Notes: generated by a model from the sequence alone, not told the origin. 64,000 nucleotides of DNA from Gallionella sp. (GCA_030645535.1 JAUSNM010000035.1:1002-65001), one strand, 5' to 3'; shown: positions 30,241 to 40,771, numbered from the stretch's first letter. Translations and numbers: made by a program.

Positions 30241-31110
30241 ATGACTGAACTCTTCCAGCTTCTCGAATCATCACCGCCATTATTTACCGGTGTGTGCGTT
30301 GTGCTAGGGCTGCTGGTCGGCAGTTTTCTCAACGTGGTGATCCACCGTATACCGAAAATGATGGAACTGGGCTGGCGACAGCAGTGCGCAGAATTGCACA
30401 GCGAAGAACCCGTCCACAGCGAACCATACAATCTCCTGGTTCCCCGCTCCGCCTGCCCGCATTGCCACCACGCCATCAGCGCCTGGGAAAACATTCCTGT
30501 GATAAGTTATCTGTTGCTGCGTGGTCGGTGCCGTGGCTGTCATGCGGCCATCTCACCGCGCTATCCAATCATCGAAGCTGCAAGCGGCATACTGTGCGGA
30601 TTTGCGGCATGGCACTTTGGCTTCGGTCTGGCCGCTGTGGGAGCAATTCTGCTGATCTGGGCCTTGCTGGCACTGACAGCAATCGACTTCGACACGCAAT
30701 TGCTGCCTGACGACATTACCCTGCCGCTAATTTGGACAGGACTGCTGTTCAACCTGTACGGCGCGTTCACCACACTGCATGACGCGTTTCTGGGCGCCGT
30801 ACTGGGCTATCTCGCACTCTGGTCCGTATACTGGCTATTCAAGCTTGTCACCGGCAAGGAAGGCATGGGCTATGGCGATTTCAAACTGTTAGCAGCCCTG
30901 GGCGCCTGGCTGGGCTGGCAAATACTGCCGCTGATGATCATCCTGTCATCACTGGTCGGCGCAGTGGTCGGCATAACCCTGATCGTAGCCGTCAAACATG
31001 GCCGCGACATCCCTATTCCGTTCGGACCCTACCTGGCGGGTGGCGGCTTGATCGCACTGTTCTGGGGCAAAACGCTGACGCAAAACTATCTGCAGCTGCT
31101 GGCACAATGA
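30241..31110 (+). CDS. pilD: Prepilin peptidase/N-methyltransferase
   Basis: GSFLNVVIHR, two CxxC, GMGYGDFKL and PFGPYL. Confidence 0.96.
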   Translation: MTELFQLLESSPPLFTGVCVVLGLLVGSFLNVVIHRIPKMMELGWRQQCAELHSEEPVHSEPYNLLVPRSACPHCHHAISAWENIPVISYLLLRGRCRGCHAAISPRYPIIEAASGILCGFAAWHFGFGLAAVGAILLIWALLALTAIDFDTQLLPDDITLPLIWTGLLFNLYGAFTTLHDAFLGAVLGYLALWSVYWLFKLVTGKEGMGYGDFKLLAALGAWLGWQILPLMIILSSLVGAVVGITLIVAVKHGRDIPIPFGPYLAGGGLIALFWGKTLTQNYLQLLAQ

Positions 31111-31790
31111 CCCCCCCCCTCTCCCGCGTTGTGAGCGAGGGTGCAAACGTATCGCTGCGCGAGTTTCAAGCTAAGTTATGCGTGGGTCTGACCGGCGGGA
31201 TAGGTTGCGGAAAAAACACCGTTGCACGGCTGTTTGAAACACAGGGAGCGGTCATCATAGACACGGATGCAATCGCGCACCAGTTGACACAGCCTGGCGG
31301 ACAGGCCATAGCGCTCATCCGTGCCAGCTTCGGTACAGATTACATAACGAGCACGGGCGCAATGGATCGCGCCAGAATGCGCCATTTGGCCTTTGCTGAA
31401 AAACACGCCAAGTCAAAGCTGGAAAGCATCCTGCACCCGCTGATATTAGCCACTTGTAAAGAACGGCTGGCAGCCCCAAGCCGCGCACCTTACACCATCC
31501 TGATGGCGCCCTTGCTGCTGGAGTGCCCGGTTTTTCTGGAACTGGTTCAGCGCGTATTGCTGGTTGATTGCACCGAACAAAATCAGATTTCACGCGTCAT
31601 GCAGCGCAACGGACTTGACGAATCAGAAATCCGTGCGATTATCGCGCTACAACTGTCTCAAACAGAGCGCAGGGCGCGTGCAGATGACATCATCCGGAAT
31701 GACAATGCGATCAGTGACTTGACGGATCAGGTTGCCGCCTTGCACCAGTACTACATGAATATAAACAACAACAATTTGACGGCAAGCTGA
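31107..31790 (+). CDS. coaE: Dephospho-CoA kinase with a repeat-derived N-terminal extension
   Basis: VGLTGGIGCGK, IIDTD and ILHPLI; ATG overlaps the pilD stop. Confidence 0.93.
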   Translation: MTPPLSRVVSEGANVSLREFQAKLCVGLTGGIGCGKNTVARLFETQGAVIIDTDAIAHQLTQPGGQAIALIRASFGTDYITSTGAMDRARMRHLAFAEKHAKSKLESILHPLILATCKERLAAPSRAPYTILMAPLLLECPVFLELVQRVLLVDCTEQNQISRVMQRNGLDESEIRAIIALQLSQTERRARADDIIRNDNAISDLTDQVAALHQYYMNINNNNLTAS

Positions 31791-31849
31791 TATTCAATAT
31801 ATCTTCCGTATTCGTCGTTTCTTTTAATCACATAACAGACAATAACAAC

Positions 31850-32611
31850 GTGATCAGCTACGAATTCCCGCTCAATGAAAAAGTACGCACCTGGTTGCGC
31901 CTTGAGGATTTGTTCGCGCGCATAAATTATTTCGTGGCCGGCGAGCTCAGCATGGAACATCATGTTGCACTCACGACGCTTTTTGAAATTCATGAAGTCG
32001 CCAGCCGACCCGACCTTAAGTCAGAATTATTACAAGAACTTGAACGTCAGAAGCGTTCCCTTTCCAGCTTGCACAATAACCCGGAAATTTCTGAACATGC
32101 ACTCGACGGCATCTTGAGCGAGATTGAGGGTGCCGCAACGACTCTGCTCGCCATGACCGGAAAAGTGGGCGCGATACTGCGCGAAAACGAATGGCTGATG
32201 GGAATCAAGCAACGTGCCAGCATGCCGGGCGGTACTTGCCAGTTTGACTTGCCGTCCTACCACTATTGGCAGAAGCAACCGGCCGGTTTACGCCGCGACA
32301 ACCTGCGGGAATGGTTATCACCTCTGCTGCCGATCAGTGCTGCAATCGATATTTTGTTGCGCCTGTTGCGCGAGAACGGGCGAAAAATCAGCTTTACCGC
32401 ACATAAGGGCACTTTCCAGCAAATGCAGGGTGGGCGCGCAGCGCTGTTGTTGCGTGTCAGTTTACATCGGGATTTGGCCTGCATCCCTGAACTCGGCGCG
32501 AACAAATATGCGATCAATATTCGCTTCATCGCCGCCAACTATGAAGCGAAATCATCCCTGTTTGAACAAGACGTACCTTTCGATTTGACTTTTTGCACCC
32601 TGACATCGTGA
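31850..32611 (+). CDS. zapD: Cell division protein ZapD
   Basis: [16 protein letters not shown] and [12 protein letters not shown]. Confidence 0.95.
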   Translation: MISYEFPLNEKVRTWLRLEDLFARINYFVAGELSMEHHVALTTLFEIHEVASRPDLKSELLQELERQKRSLSSLHNNPEISEHALDGILSEIEGAATTLLAMTGKVGAILRENEWLMGIKQRASMPGGTCQFDLPSYHYWQKQPAGLRRDNLREWLSPLLPISAAIDILLRLLRENGRKISFTAHKGTFQQMQGGRAALLLRVSLHRDLACIPELGANKYAINIRFIAANYEAKSSLFEQDVPFDLTFCTLTS

Positions 32612-32808
32612 CCACATCCAAAGCCCCGCCCATCGTCGCTTGCCCGCGCTGCGGCAAAGAATCCCCATGGGATACCAACAATCCTTATCGCCCTTTTTGC
32701 AGCGAACGCTGCAAAATGATCGACCTGGGAAAATGGGCGGACGAAGAATTCCGCGTAGCCCTCCCCGAAGACGAGCAGGAATTTACCGCCCCGCCCTACC
32801 AGGCCTGA
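32608..32808 (+). CDS. yacG: DNA gyrase inhibitor YacG
   Basis: CPRC...[18 protein letters not shown]; GTG start overlapping the zapD stop. Confidence 0.95.
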   Translation: MTTSKAPPIVACPRCGKESPWDTNNPYRPFCSERCKMIDLGKWADEEFRVALPEDEQEFTAPPYQA

Positions 32809-32815
32809 CGCAATC

Positions 32816-32940
32816 ATTCTGGTTTCATTGCGAAGCTGAGGCAAGGCGGCAACTAACAGGCAAGGCAGGCAGTGCGACAAGCACGATCATGAGCCTGTGC
32901 GGAAGCCAACGCCGTATCAGCAATGCAATGTAAGCAGAAT
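32816..32940. repeat. About 125-bp inverted-repeat-bounded element between convergent genes
   Basis: 32816-32839 vs reverse complement of 32917-32940, 19/24 match. Confidence 0.55.
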
Positions 32941-33923
32941 CACCAGGCCTGACGCAACAAGGCGATGCCATGCGCACCCTGCTGCCAGGCGGTGTTCATG
33001 TCTGCACGGGTTAGCCCTCCCAGCGCATACACAGGAATGGATGCTCCCGCCGCAATAGCCGCAAAATTCTCCCAGCCCAGGTGCGCGGCACCCGGATGCG
33101 ACATCGTCGGCAGCACCGGACTCAGCATCGCAAAATCGCATCCCAGATGCTCTGCGCGGCGCAACTCCTCCGCAGAATGACAGGAAGCCCCGCACCAGGC
33201 CACTGCGGGGCGCTCAGCGCATTCGGCAAGCTGTATTGAAGTCAGATGCACCCCGTCCGCGCCGACCTCCTGTGCCAGCGCCACATCACCGCTAATCAAT
33301 ACCGTTGCACCTTGTGCATGAGCCAACGTCACCACCCGCTGTGCCAATTCGCGCAACACTTCGCGGCCAAGATTTTTTTCGCGCAATTGAATCAGCCGCA
33401 GACCGCCTCGCAGGGCAGCTTCCAGCCGTCTGATGAATTCCTCCACACCCAGCTCTGCGGCATTACTGATGGCATACAGGTTCGGCAATTCCAGTGCGTG
33501 CAGGACAGGTGCATTGGCCGGAAGCACGGGTGATACCGGAGCGTATCCCCTCGCCCCTGATGGGGAGAAGGTTAGGGAGAGGGGCTGTTGCCAGGAAAAC
33601 TGCTGTCCCTCATGTGGATACAACTCGCCGCGCCATTCGGTGACACGAAAAAAACTCAGCCGCACGGTCGCATGCGGGTAGGTGAAGACGCGCGTGATCC
33701 AGGGGTACGCAGTCAGGACCTCAATCCCCAACTCCTCGTGCAACTCGCGAACCAGAGCATCGTGCGCAGATTCGCCTTGTTCCACCTTGCCGCCGGGGAA
33801 TTCCCAGAAACCAGCCCATATCTTGTCAGGCGGGCGTTGCGCCAACAGGAAAGTACCGTCAGGGCGCTGAAGCACCGCAGCAGCAACCTCAACGATCCTG
33901 GTTTTTGCTATCAAATTATTCAA
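32940..33923 (-). CDS. Nudix hydrolase (MutT-like) fused to a thiamine-phosphate-synthase-like domain
   Basis: Nudix box WEFPGGKVEQGESAHDALVRELHEELG; ThiE-like QLREK, DGVHL and YALGG. Confidence 0.92.
   Translation of the reverse strand: MNNLIAKTRIVEVAAAVLQRPDGTFLLAQRPPDKIWAGFWEFPGGKVEQGESAHDALVRELHEELGIEVLTAYPWITRVFTYPHATVRLSFFRVTEWRGELYPHEGQQFSWQQPLSLTFSPSGARGYAPVSPVLPANAPVLHALELPNLYAISNAAELGVEEFIRRLEAALRGGLRLIQLREKNLGREVLRELAQRVVTLAHAQGATVLISGDVALAQEVGADGVHLTSIQLAECAERPAVAWCGASCHSAEELRRAEHLGCDFAMLSPVLPTMSHPGAAHLGWENFAAIAAGASIPVYALGGLTRADMNTAWQQGAHGIALLRQAW
33547..33584. repeat. C-rich/G-rich palindromic repeat inside the Nudix gene (translated as PLSLTFSPSGARG)
   Basis: CCCCTCGCCCCTGATGGGGAGAAGGTTAGGGAGAGGGG. 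Confidence 0.7.
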
Positions 33924-33938
33924 TGAAACCTCTTAATG

Positions 33939-34000
33939 TGAAACTCGCGCAGCGATTCGTTTGCCCTTTCTCCCGCGTGCGGGGGAAAGTTGGATAGGGG
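33939..34000. repeat. Intergenic copy of the C-rich/G-rich palindrome with a conserved tail
   Basis: Reverse complement of 33939-33964 matches coaE 31143-31168 at 25/26; followed by a CTCCCGCGTGCGGGGGA hairpin. Confidence 0.8.
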
Positions 34001-34158
34001 AAACGGGCATGGTGACTTTTAATTATCAGGGGGGGGGCTTTTTGCCATGCCCGTTAGATTTACTTGCCAGGGCAGCCTGAGCGCTGGTTTGCCGCGCATG
34101 TCCCGCTGTGGTCGCTGCGCAGCAGCGGTCAATACACATTTGAGCTCTGAATTGCGAG

Positions 34159-36381
34159 TCAAACCCGATGCGCAAATTGTTCAAATTCAGAACATGGCAA
34201 TGGCCGACTGAAGAAATAGCCCTGATAGGCATGGCATCCGACACCCGCCAGGAAGTCCCGTTGCGCTTCGGTTTCAACGCCTTCAGCGATAACGCCCATT
34301 CCCAGACTCTGGGCTAATGCCACGACGGTTTTGGCAATCGCGGCATCGTTCGGGTCGGTAAGTACATCGCGCACAAACGACTGGTCAATCTTCAACTGAT
34401 CCAGCGGCAGGCGTTTCAGGTAAGACAGTGAGGAATATCCGGTACCGAAGTCATCCAGCGAAAAGCCTACGCCCCTGAACTTCAGGGCTAACATTTTCTC
34501 GATAATGTCCTTAACATTCTCTATCAGCATGCCCTCAGTCAGTTCTAACTTAAGTCGCTGTGGATTCGCACCCGTGCTGTTGAGTATTGTCAGCACCTGA
34601 TCGACAAAGGCAGCCTGATGGAACTGGCGGGCGCTGACATTCACTGCAACCGTCAGATGTGCCATCTCAGGGTCGTTTGCCCACAGAGCTAATTGAGTGC
34701 AGGCGGTTTCCATAACCCATTTACCCAGGGGCAGAATCAACCCGGTTTCTTCGGACAACGGGATGAAATCGGCAGGTGACACCATGCCGCGTTGTGGATG
34801 TTTCCAACGCACCAAGACTTCGGCTCCCGTCAAGCGGCCATCATCTACAACCTGAGGTTGATAGTGAAGCAGGAATTGATCACCGATAATGGCAAGACGC
34901 AAATCCTTCTCCAGTGCGGCGCGCTCATTCACCAAAGACTCCATTTGTGGATCGAAGAAGCGCCAAGCGTTTCGCCCCACTTCCTTTGCCTTGCGCATGG
35001 CGAGATCAGTCTGCTTAATCAGCTCATCGATAGTGGCAAGATGGCCCCTGAACAAGGTGACGCCAATGGATCCTGTGCCGTGGTAAAACGTATCGCCTAA
35101 CTGGTAGGTGCAGTTGAGCGAAGCGAGCACCTTGTCGGCGACCTCTTCGATGCCGGTGGCAGCCTCTTCTTCGCTGGCACTTAATTCTGTGAGCATTATC
35201 ACGAATTCGTCGCCACTAAATCTGGCCACCGTGTCACCCTCGCGCGCACACTGCACCAGTCGCTGTGCGACCTGACTCAGCAACAAGTCGCCAATGTCAT
35301 GACCTTGCGTGACGTTGAGCGTTTTAAAATTATCCAGATCAATCAACATCAGTGCACCATAACTGCCATTGCGCGAACTGGCGTACATGGTTTGCCTCAG
35401 GCGATCCAGCAGGAGTGTACGATTGGGCAGACCCGTCAGCTGGTCAAAAAAGGCCAGATTTCTGATCTTTTCTTCTGACTTCTTGAGTGCCGTAATATCG
35501 AAATGTGTACCGAGGTAGTGGGTCACGACACCCTCTTCATTCTTTATTGCCGAGATGGTGAGCAATTTCGGATACTCCTCGCCGTTCTTGCGACGATCCC
35601 ATATTTCCCCCTGCCATCCACCGGTACTGTTAATGGTCTCCCACATCTCGCGATAGAAATCTGCGTTATGACGTCCTGACCTGAGTAAACGTGGCGTCTT
35701 GCCTACTACTTCTTCGGCTGAGTAGCCTGTGGCTTTGGCAAATGCCTTATTAACTCTCAGGATTACGCCACTGGCATCGGTTACCATCATGCATTCCTGC
35801 GAATCAAAAGCAGTGGCGGCAATACGCAGATCTTCTTCGACCTGCCTGCGCTTGTGGCGATCTCTCTGTACCTCAATGCCGAATACCAGATTTCGGGCCA
35901 TTTCTTCCAGCAGCAATACTTCCCCGCTATTGAAATCGTCTGGTCGGGATGAGTAAAGGGCCAGAGCGCCAAACGTTTGCTTTTTGCTGGTCAGTGGAAT
36001 AGCAATGCTTGACTGATAGCCACGCTTTATGACTTCTTCACGCCACGGGGCCATCTGTGGATTTATGCTGCAATTCTGATTGATCTGTGAGATGCCAGTT
36101 CTGATGGCTGTACCGGTAGGTCCGCACCCGACTTGCAGCGCCTCATCCCACGAGAACCGAACGCTTTCCAGATAACCTTCCTCATAGCCGGATTGTGCGA
36201 CGGGGCGTACAGACTTTTCGGCGTCTTGTTCGGCAAAACCAATCCAGGCCATTAGATACCCGCCAGATTCAACAGCAATCCGGCAGACATCTGAAAGGAG
36301 CATTTGCTCATCCTCGGCGTGAACCAGTGACAGGTTGCAGTCGCTCAAAAGGCGCAATGCACGGGTAATGTGATCGGACAT
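34159..36381 (-). CDS. GAF-PAS-GGDEF-EAL protein (probable phosphodiesterase)
   Basis: GAF (GCGPTGTAIRTG), PAS, SGDEF, EVLVRW and DDFGTGYSS; start reassigned to MSDHI with GAGGA RBS. Confidence 0.9.
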   Translation of the reverse strand: MSDHITRALRLLSDCNLSLVHAEDEQMLLSDVCRIAVESGGYLMAWIGFAEQDAEKSVRPVAQSGYEEGYLESVRFSWDEALQVGCGPTGTAIRTGISQINQNCSINPQMAPWREEVIKRGYQSSIAIPLTSKKQTFGALALYSSRPDDFNSGEVLLLEEMARNLVFGIEVQRDRHKRRQVEEDLRIAATAFDSQECMMVTDASGVILRVNKAFAKATGYSAEEVVGKTPRLLRSGRHNADFYREMWETINSTGGWQGEIWDRRKNGEEYPKLLTISAIKNEEGVVTHYLGTHFDITALKKSEEKIRNLAFFDQLTGLPNRTLLLDRLRQTMYASSRNGSYGALMLIDLDNFKTLNVTQGHDIGDLLLSQVAQRLVQCAREGDTVARFSGDEFVIMLTELSASEEEAATGIEEVADKVLASLNCTYQLGDTFYHGTGSIGVTLFRGHLATIDELIKQTDLAMRKAKEVGRNAWRFFDPQMESLVNERAALEKDLRLAIIGDQFLLHYQPQVVDDGRLTGAEVLVRWKHPQRGMVSPADFIPLSEETGLILPLGKWVMETACTQLALWANDPEMAHLTVAVNVSARQFHQAAFVDQVLTILNSTGANPQRLKLELTEGMLIENVKDIIEKMLALKFRGVGFSLDDFGTGYSSLSYLKRLPLDQLKIDQSFVRDVLTDPNDAAIAKTVVALAQSLGMGVIAEGVETEAQRDFLAGVGCHAYQGYFFSRPLPCSEFEQFAHRV

Positions 36382-36643
36382 CTTAATAATTAAATCCTCA
36401 AGCCAAGATAAAATTTGCAACCAAGTCTACCTGCTTGAAACCAAAACCGGCAAAGTCACATTTGATGAGTTATATGATACAACCCGGCGATGTTAAACGT
36501 CGCGCCGCATCCTTTGCCGTCAACCCTTCTTCCGTGACTTGCTTGACCGCCTGCTCACGAAATTTATTACTGTAAATTGCCTTCGATATTCTATGCTTCA
36601 TTTCACACTTCTGTTTAAAATTTAACAGCGTTGCCGACCATGC

Positions 36644-37249
36644 TTAAGGTTTCTCGCCCCACCTCGGCAGCAGGGTGTTCGCCACGCCCAGATGATCGAG
36701 GATGCGCGCGACCACGAAATCAACCATATCCTGCACGCTGCCAGGCTGATAGTAGAAGCCCGGGTTGGGCGGCATAATGACAGCTCCTGCACGGGCGAGT
36801 GTCAGCATATTTTCCAGATGGATCACCGAAAAAGGCATTTCGCGGGGTGCCAGGATCAACGTGCGCCGCTCTTTGAGCATCACATCCGCTGCACGGGCAA
36901 TCAGGTCGTCGCTGATGCCTGAGGCGACTTTAGCCAGCGTACCCATCGTGCAGGGGCAGATCACCATCGCATCGCCCGGATTCGAGCCGGAGGCCATCGG
37001 CGCGTACCAGTCATCGCGCCCGAACACATGTAGCTCGCCGCTGAAGGTGCCCAGTCGTTCGGCAAGCATGCGTTCGGCATCGGGCGGACGGTTTGGCAAC
37101 ACCATGTCCATTTCCTGGCGAGCGACGATCTGCGCGGCCATGGAATACACCAGATGCACGCGCTGACCGCTTTGCAACAGGCACTCCAGCAGACGCATAC
37201 CGTAAGGCATGCCGGATGCGCCGGTAAAAGCGAGGGTAATGGTTTTCAC
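36644..37249 (-). CDS. ubiX: Flavin prenyltransferase
   Basis: TGASG, ASGS, PCTMGTL, RAADVMLKERR and PGFY; GTG start reassigned. Confidence 0.95.
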   Translation of the reverse strand: MKTITLAFTGASGMPYGMRLLECLLQSGQRVHLVYSMAAQIVARQEMDMVLPNRPPDAERMLAERLGTFSGELHVFGRDDWYAPMASGSNPGDAMVICPCTMGTLAKVASGISDDLIARAADVMLKERRTLILAPREMPFSVIHLENMLTLARAGAVIMPPNPGFYYQPGSVQDMVDFVVARILDHLGVANTLLPRWGEKP

Positions 37250-37288
37250 GAGTTGCTGTTGCCCTATATATTGAACAAAAAAAACAGT

Positions 37289-37508
37289 CTCACGCGGAAG
37301 CGCGGAGAGCGCGGAGAAATACAAGTTACAAAATATCCATTTAGCGAATCTAAAATAGTTATTAGTCTTCAACAAACAACCCGACAAACTATCGTAGCAT
37401 ATTGATTAATAGTCTTTTTATTCTAATCGAACAATATAATTACGTGAAGTCACTTAAGGCGGTTATTTTTATTTTATTTTCTCTGCGTTCTCCGCGCCTC
37501 CGCGTGAG
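37289..37508. repeat. MITE-like mini-element with 31-bp terminal inverted repeats
   Basis: CTCACGCGGAAGCGCGGAGAGCGCGGAGAAA vs reverse complement of 37478-37508, 28/31 match; AT-rich interior. Confidence 0.85.
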
Positions 37509-38173
37509 CTAATGCCGTTGTTTGCATTATCCATGAAGCGCGCGGCAATTAACCCGTTCACCGTGCCGAACACCAGTGCTGCGGTCGCAAAAATCGGGAT
37601 CAGGTAGGCGATACCCGCATGCGGGATCAGCCACAAATAGACCACAGCCATTTGTCCTGCAATGTGCGCAAAGGCTGCGTAAATGCTGTGACTGACAGGA
37701 CCGAACCAGCGCTTTGGCAGATGTTGCGCCAAGGCCAGCACCAGCAAGCTGAACAGTGCGCCGGACAAACCGAGAAAAAATCCCGGGGTCAGAAAATTGC
37801 CGAACAACAGACTCCCGGCGAACACACGCAGCAACGATACCCATACTGCAGTACGCCAGCCGTAGCGCGCCAGCACGATCAGTGTGACGATGTTGGCCAA
37901 ACCGGGCTTGACCCCGGGCAAGGGCGATGGAATGGCCCCCTCCAGCAGGGTCAACCCGAGCGCTACCGCCGCCATGCGTGCGACATGATGATCTTCGGCA
38001 GTGGTGTGAAGCAGGATTCTGGATTCAGGATTCGGGAATCGGGATTCAGGATTTTGCTTTCCTTCAGGCAACAACTTGGGGCGCAGCCCCTCAGTTGTCC
38101 GGGGAAGACCCTTGCGGTCTGACTCCTGCATCCCGCATCCTGCATCCTGCATTTCAGTAGTTGAGGCTGTCAT
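37469..38173 (-). CDS. Gx transporter family protein (heptaprenyl diphosphate synthase component I-like) with repeat-derived insertions
   Basis: EGAIPSPLPGVKPGLANIVTL..LLRV..GS and AHIAGQ. Confidence 0.88.
   Translation of the reverse strand: MTASTTEMQDAGCGMQESDRKGLPRTTEGLRPKLLPEGKQNPESRFPNPESRILLHTTAEDHHVARMAAVALGLTLLEGAIPSPLPGVKPGLANIVTLIVLARYGWRTAVWVSLLRVFAGSLLFGNFLTPGFFLGLSGALFSLLVLALAQHLPKRWFGPVSHSIYAAFAHIAGQMAVVYLWLIPHAGIAYLIPIFATAALVFGTVNGLIAARFMDNANNGISSRGGAENAEKIK
38012..38152. repeat. Bipartite heptamer element inserted in frame in the Gx transporter gene
   Basis: 6 AGGATTC-like units, a hairpin-containing spacer and 4-5 GCATCCT-like units; 141 nt. Confidence 0.85.
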
Positions 38174-38552
38174 AACGTTTATGGCTGCCGATCAGCTCGA
38201 CGCTCACTTGATTGGGCAGGCACAGTGCGATTTCGCCGGCTTGTTGCAGCCAGCCCTGGCGTACGCAATATTGGCGTGGACCGGGGTCGGAGGCGATACG
38301 CACTTTACGATTTACAACAGATATCAGGCTGATGCCCAGCGGGCCGGGAACTTCGATTTGCTGGTCACCCGAGAGTGCAACGATGCGAAAAATTTTACCG
38401 CCACTGCGTATCACCGCCTTCTCTGCGAGTTCTCCGCTCCACAACGTTAAGGTGAGAAGTACCACGCAAACACCGCCAGACAGCAGCGTCAGCCAGTCAC
38501 CTGCCTTGATGTACCGAAGCACTGCCAGGTGCTTGATTTCAGGATAGTTCAC
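38154..38552 (-). CDS. NusG domain II-containing (DUF1312) protein
   Basis: GDW N-terminal [16 protein letters not shown] and CLPNQV. Confidence 0.88.
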   Translation of the reverse strand: MNYPEIKHLAVLRYIKAGDWLTLLSGGVCVVLLTLTLWSGELAEKAVIRSGGKIFRIVALSGDQQIEVPGPLGISLISVVNRKVRIASDPGPRQYCVRQGWLQQAGEIALCLPNQVSVELIGSHKRYDSLNY

Positions 38553-39375
38553 GGTGACGCAACAGGACCTGTTGCCGCGTTTTAAAATAGGTGCTGAGTT
38601 TTTCGCTGATATACACCGATCGGTGCTGTCCCCCGGTACAACCTATCGCCACGGTAACATAACTGCGATTGTCTGCGATGAAGTGCGGCAGCCAGCGTTC
38701 CACAAAGCGGCTTATGTCGGCAAACATTTCCTGTGTTGCCGGCGTGTTTTCCAGAAATTCAATCACCGCTGCATCACGCCCCGTGAGTGGCCGCAACAGC
38801 GGGTCGTAATACGGGTTGGGCAGGCAACGCACATCAAAGACGAAGTCAGCATCCAGCGGAATGCCATGTTTGAAACCGAAAGACTCGAACAACAACGTCA
38901 TACGTGCACGATCAAGTTGGATGAACTGTTTAATCCAGCTGCTGAGCGCGTTGGTTTTAAGCTCACTGGTATCAATGTGGTGCCCGATATTGCTGATTTC
39001 GCCGAGCAACTCACGCTCGTACTGCACGCATTCGGGTAAGGTACGCACCCCGTCGCTGAGGGGATGCATGCGGCGAGTCTCGGAAAAACGCTGCACCAGG
39101 GTGTCCGTCTTTGCATCCAGAAAAATCACATGCACCGCTAAATCTTTTTTCATCAGTTGCAACAAGATATCCGGCAATCTCTGCACGCTGTTGGCACTGC
39201 GCACATCGATGCTGACCGCCATCTTGTCGTATCCTGCGAGCAGCAAATAGTCCATCAAACTGTTCAGCAGTTCAGCCGGCAAATTATCTACACAGTAAAA
39301 GCCGCTGTCTTCCAGCACTTTGAGCGCGACACTCTTGCCTGAGCCCGACAGACCGCTTAACAAAAACAGCTGCAT
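38539..39375 (-). CDS. rapZ: RNase adapter RapZ
   Basis: [23 protein letters not shown] and [10 protein letters not shown]. Confidence 0.96.
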   Translation of the reverse strand: MQLFLLSGLSGSGKSVALKVLEDSGFYCVDNLPAELLNSLMDYLLLAGYDKMAVSIDVRSANSVQRLPDILLQLMKKDLAVHVIFLDAKTDTLVQRFSETRRMHPLSDGVRTLPECVQYERELLGEISNIGHHIDTSELKTNALSSWIKQFIQLDRARMTLLFESFGFKHGIPLDADFVFDVRCLPNPYYDPLLRPLTGRDAAVIEFLENTPATQEMFADISRFVERWLPHFIADNRSYVTVAIGCTGGQHRSVYISEKLSTYFKTRQQVLLRHRELS

Positions 39376-40313
39376 TAGTCGCCTGCCAACATTTGATCGT
39401 GCCGGCTGATGAATTCCTGCATGGTATTGATGCCGCGCTGTTGCAATACAAAATTGCGCGCCGCCGCTTCCACCAATACCGCAAGATTTCGCCCCGCCAC
39501 CACTGGAATACTCACCGTATTGATTTTCACGCCCAGAATCTCCTGATTGGTCGCCACCAGCGGCAGACGATTCATTTGCGAGAGTTCGCTATCTTGCGTC
39601 CGGTGCAGATGCACGATGAGTTTCAGACTTTTTTTGCGCCGCACCGCCGTTTCGCCAAACATGGTGCGAATATTCAACATGCCCAAACCACGCACCTCGA
39701 GGAAGTCGCGCAACAGCTCAGGACAGCGGCCTTCCAGCGTATCGGGAGCAATGCGGTGCAACTCGACCACATCATCCGCCACCAGCCCGCTGCCACGCGT
39801 GATGAGTTCAAGACCCAACTCACTCTTGCCGACTGCACTCTCGCCGGTAATCATCACACCGACCCCAAGCACATCCAGAAACACGCCGTGGCGCGTAGTG
39901 GCTTCAGCCAGTTCCTTGGCAAGATAGTGGCGTATCAGCCACATCAGATGGACGCTGGTCTTGGAAGAAGCAAATAACGGAATGCCGCAACGATTGGCAA
40001 AAGCGATCAGTTCCGGCGGTATCTCGGAAGAACCCGCCACGATCAGACAAGCTGTTCCATTTTGTTCGACTTGTTCGAACACCTTTTCACGCTCGCCCAT
40101 ACTCAGGTTGCTCAGATAATCGAGTTCGGTTTCACTCAACACTTGCACCCAGCTTGGATGTATCCGGCTGAGATGGCTGACCATCTCCCGGTTGGAAGCT
40201 TCAACCGCCTCGCTGTCTATGATCCGGTCAACGCCATCGTTTCCTGCCACATGCGTGAGCTCCAGGCGCACCTGTTTGTCTTCAAACAATTGCCGGATAT
40301 TCACCTGGCTCAT
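39375..40313 (-). CDS. hprK: HPr(Ser) kinase/phosphorylase
   Basis: [14 protein letters not shown] and LEVRGLG. Confidence 0.96.
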   Translation of the reverse strand: MSQVNIRQLFEDKQVRLELTHVAGNDGVDRIIDSEAVEASNREMVSHLSRIHPSWVQVLSETELDYLSNLSMGEREKVFEQVEQNGTACLIVAGSSEIPPELIAFANRCGIPLFASSKTSVHLMWLIRHYLAKELAEATTRHGVFLDVLGVGVMITGESAVGKSELGLELITRGSGLVADDVVELHRIAPDTLEGRCPELLRDFLEVRGLGMLNIRTMFGETAVRRKKSLKLIVHLHRTQDSELSQMNRLPLVATNQEILGVKINTVSIPVVAGRNLAVLVEAAARNFVLQQRGINTMQEFISRHDQMLAGD

Positions 40314-40771
40314 GCCGCGCTGTCCCAGTCACAGAATAATTGGTACATGCAGGCTACGTCTTCGCAGGCCAGCAGTTTTTCGCGAAAGTCTGCATCGCTG
40401 AACATTTGCGCCAGCTCACCGAGCAATTGCAAATGCAAATCGGTAGCCAGCTCCGGGACCAGCAACACAAAAATCAGTGTAACGGGTTTGCCATCCGGCG
40501 CGTCAAACGGAATCGGATGATCTGTTCTGACAAAGGCTGCCGTCGCCTCGCGCAGTTTGGGAATGCGTCCATGCGGGATCGCCACGCCCTGCCCCAGCCC
40601 GGTCGAACCCAGCTTTTCCCGGGCAAACAGACTATCAAACACCTGGCTGCGCGCAATCTGCTTTTGATTTTCAAACAACAAACCCACGCGTTCAAACACG
40701 CGCTTTTTGCTGGTTGATTCGGTATCCAACAGAAAATTGTCGGGCGCCAGGATTTTGCTGATTAAATTCAT
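40310..40771 (-). CDS. ptsN: PTS IIA-Ntr nitrogen regulatory protein
   Basis: REKLGSTGLGQGVAIPHGR and FDAPDGKPV. Confidence 0.95.
   Translation of the reverse strand: MNLISKILAPDNFLLDTESTSKKRVFERVGLLFENQKQIARSQVFDSLFAREKLGSTGLGQGVAIPHGRIPKLREATAAFVRTDHPIPFDAPDGKPVTLIFVLLVPELATDLHLQLLGELAQMFSDADFREKLLACEDVACMYQLFCDWDSAA

Noticed and set aside
34030-34158. Possible c-di-GMP riboswitch near the GGDEF-EAL gene
   Set aside because: GGCAAACC is present on the minus strand, but I cannot build the two-stem GEMM structure with a tetraloop receptor.
37250-37387. N-terminal extension of UbiX in the ORF track
   Set aside because: Runs through the TIR element; UbiX similarity begins at VKTITLAFTGASG.
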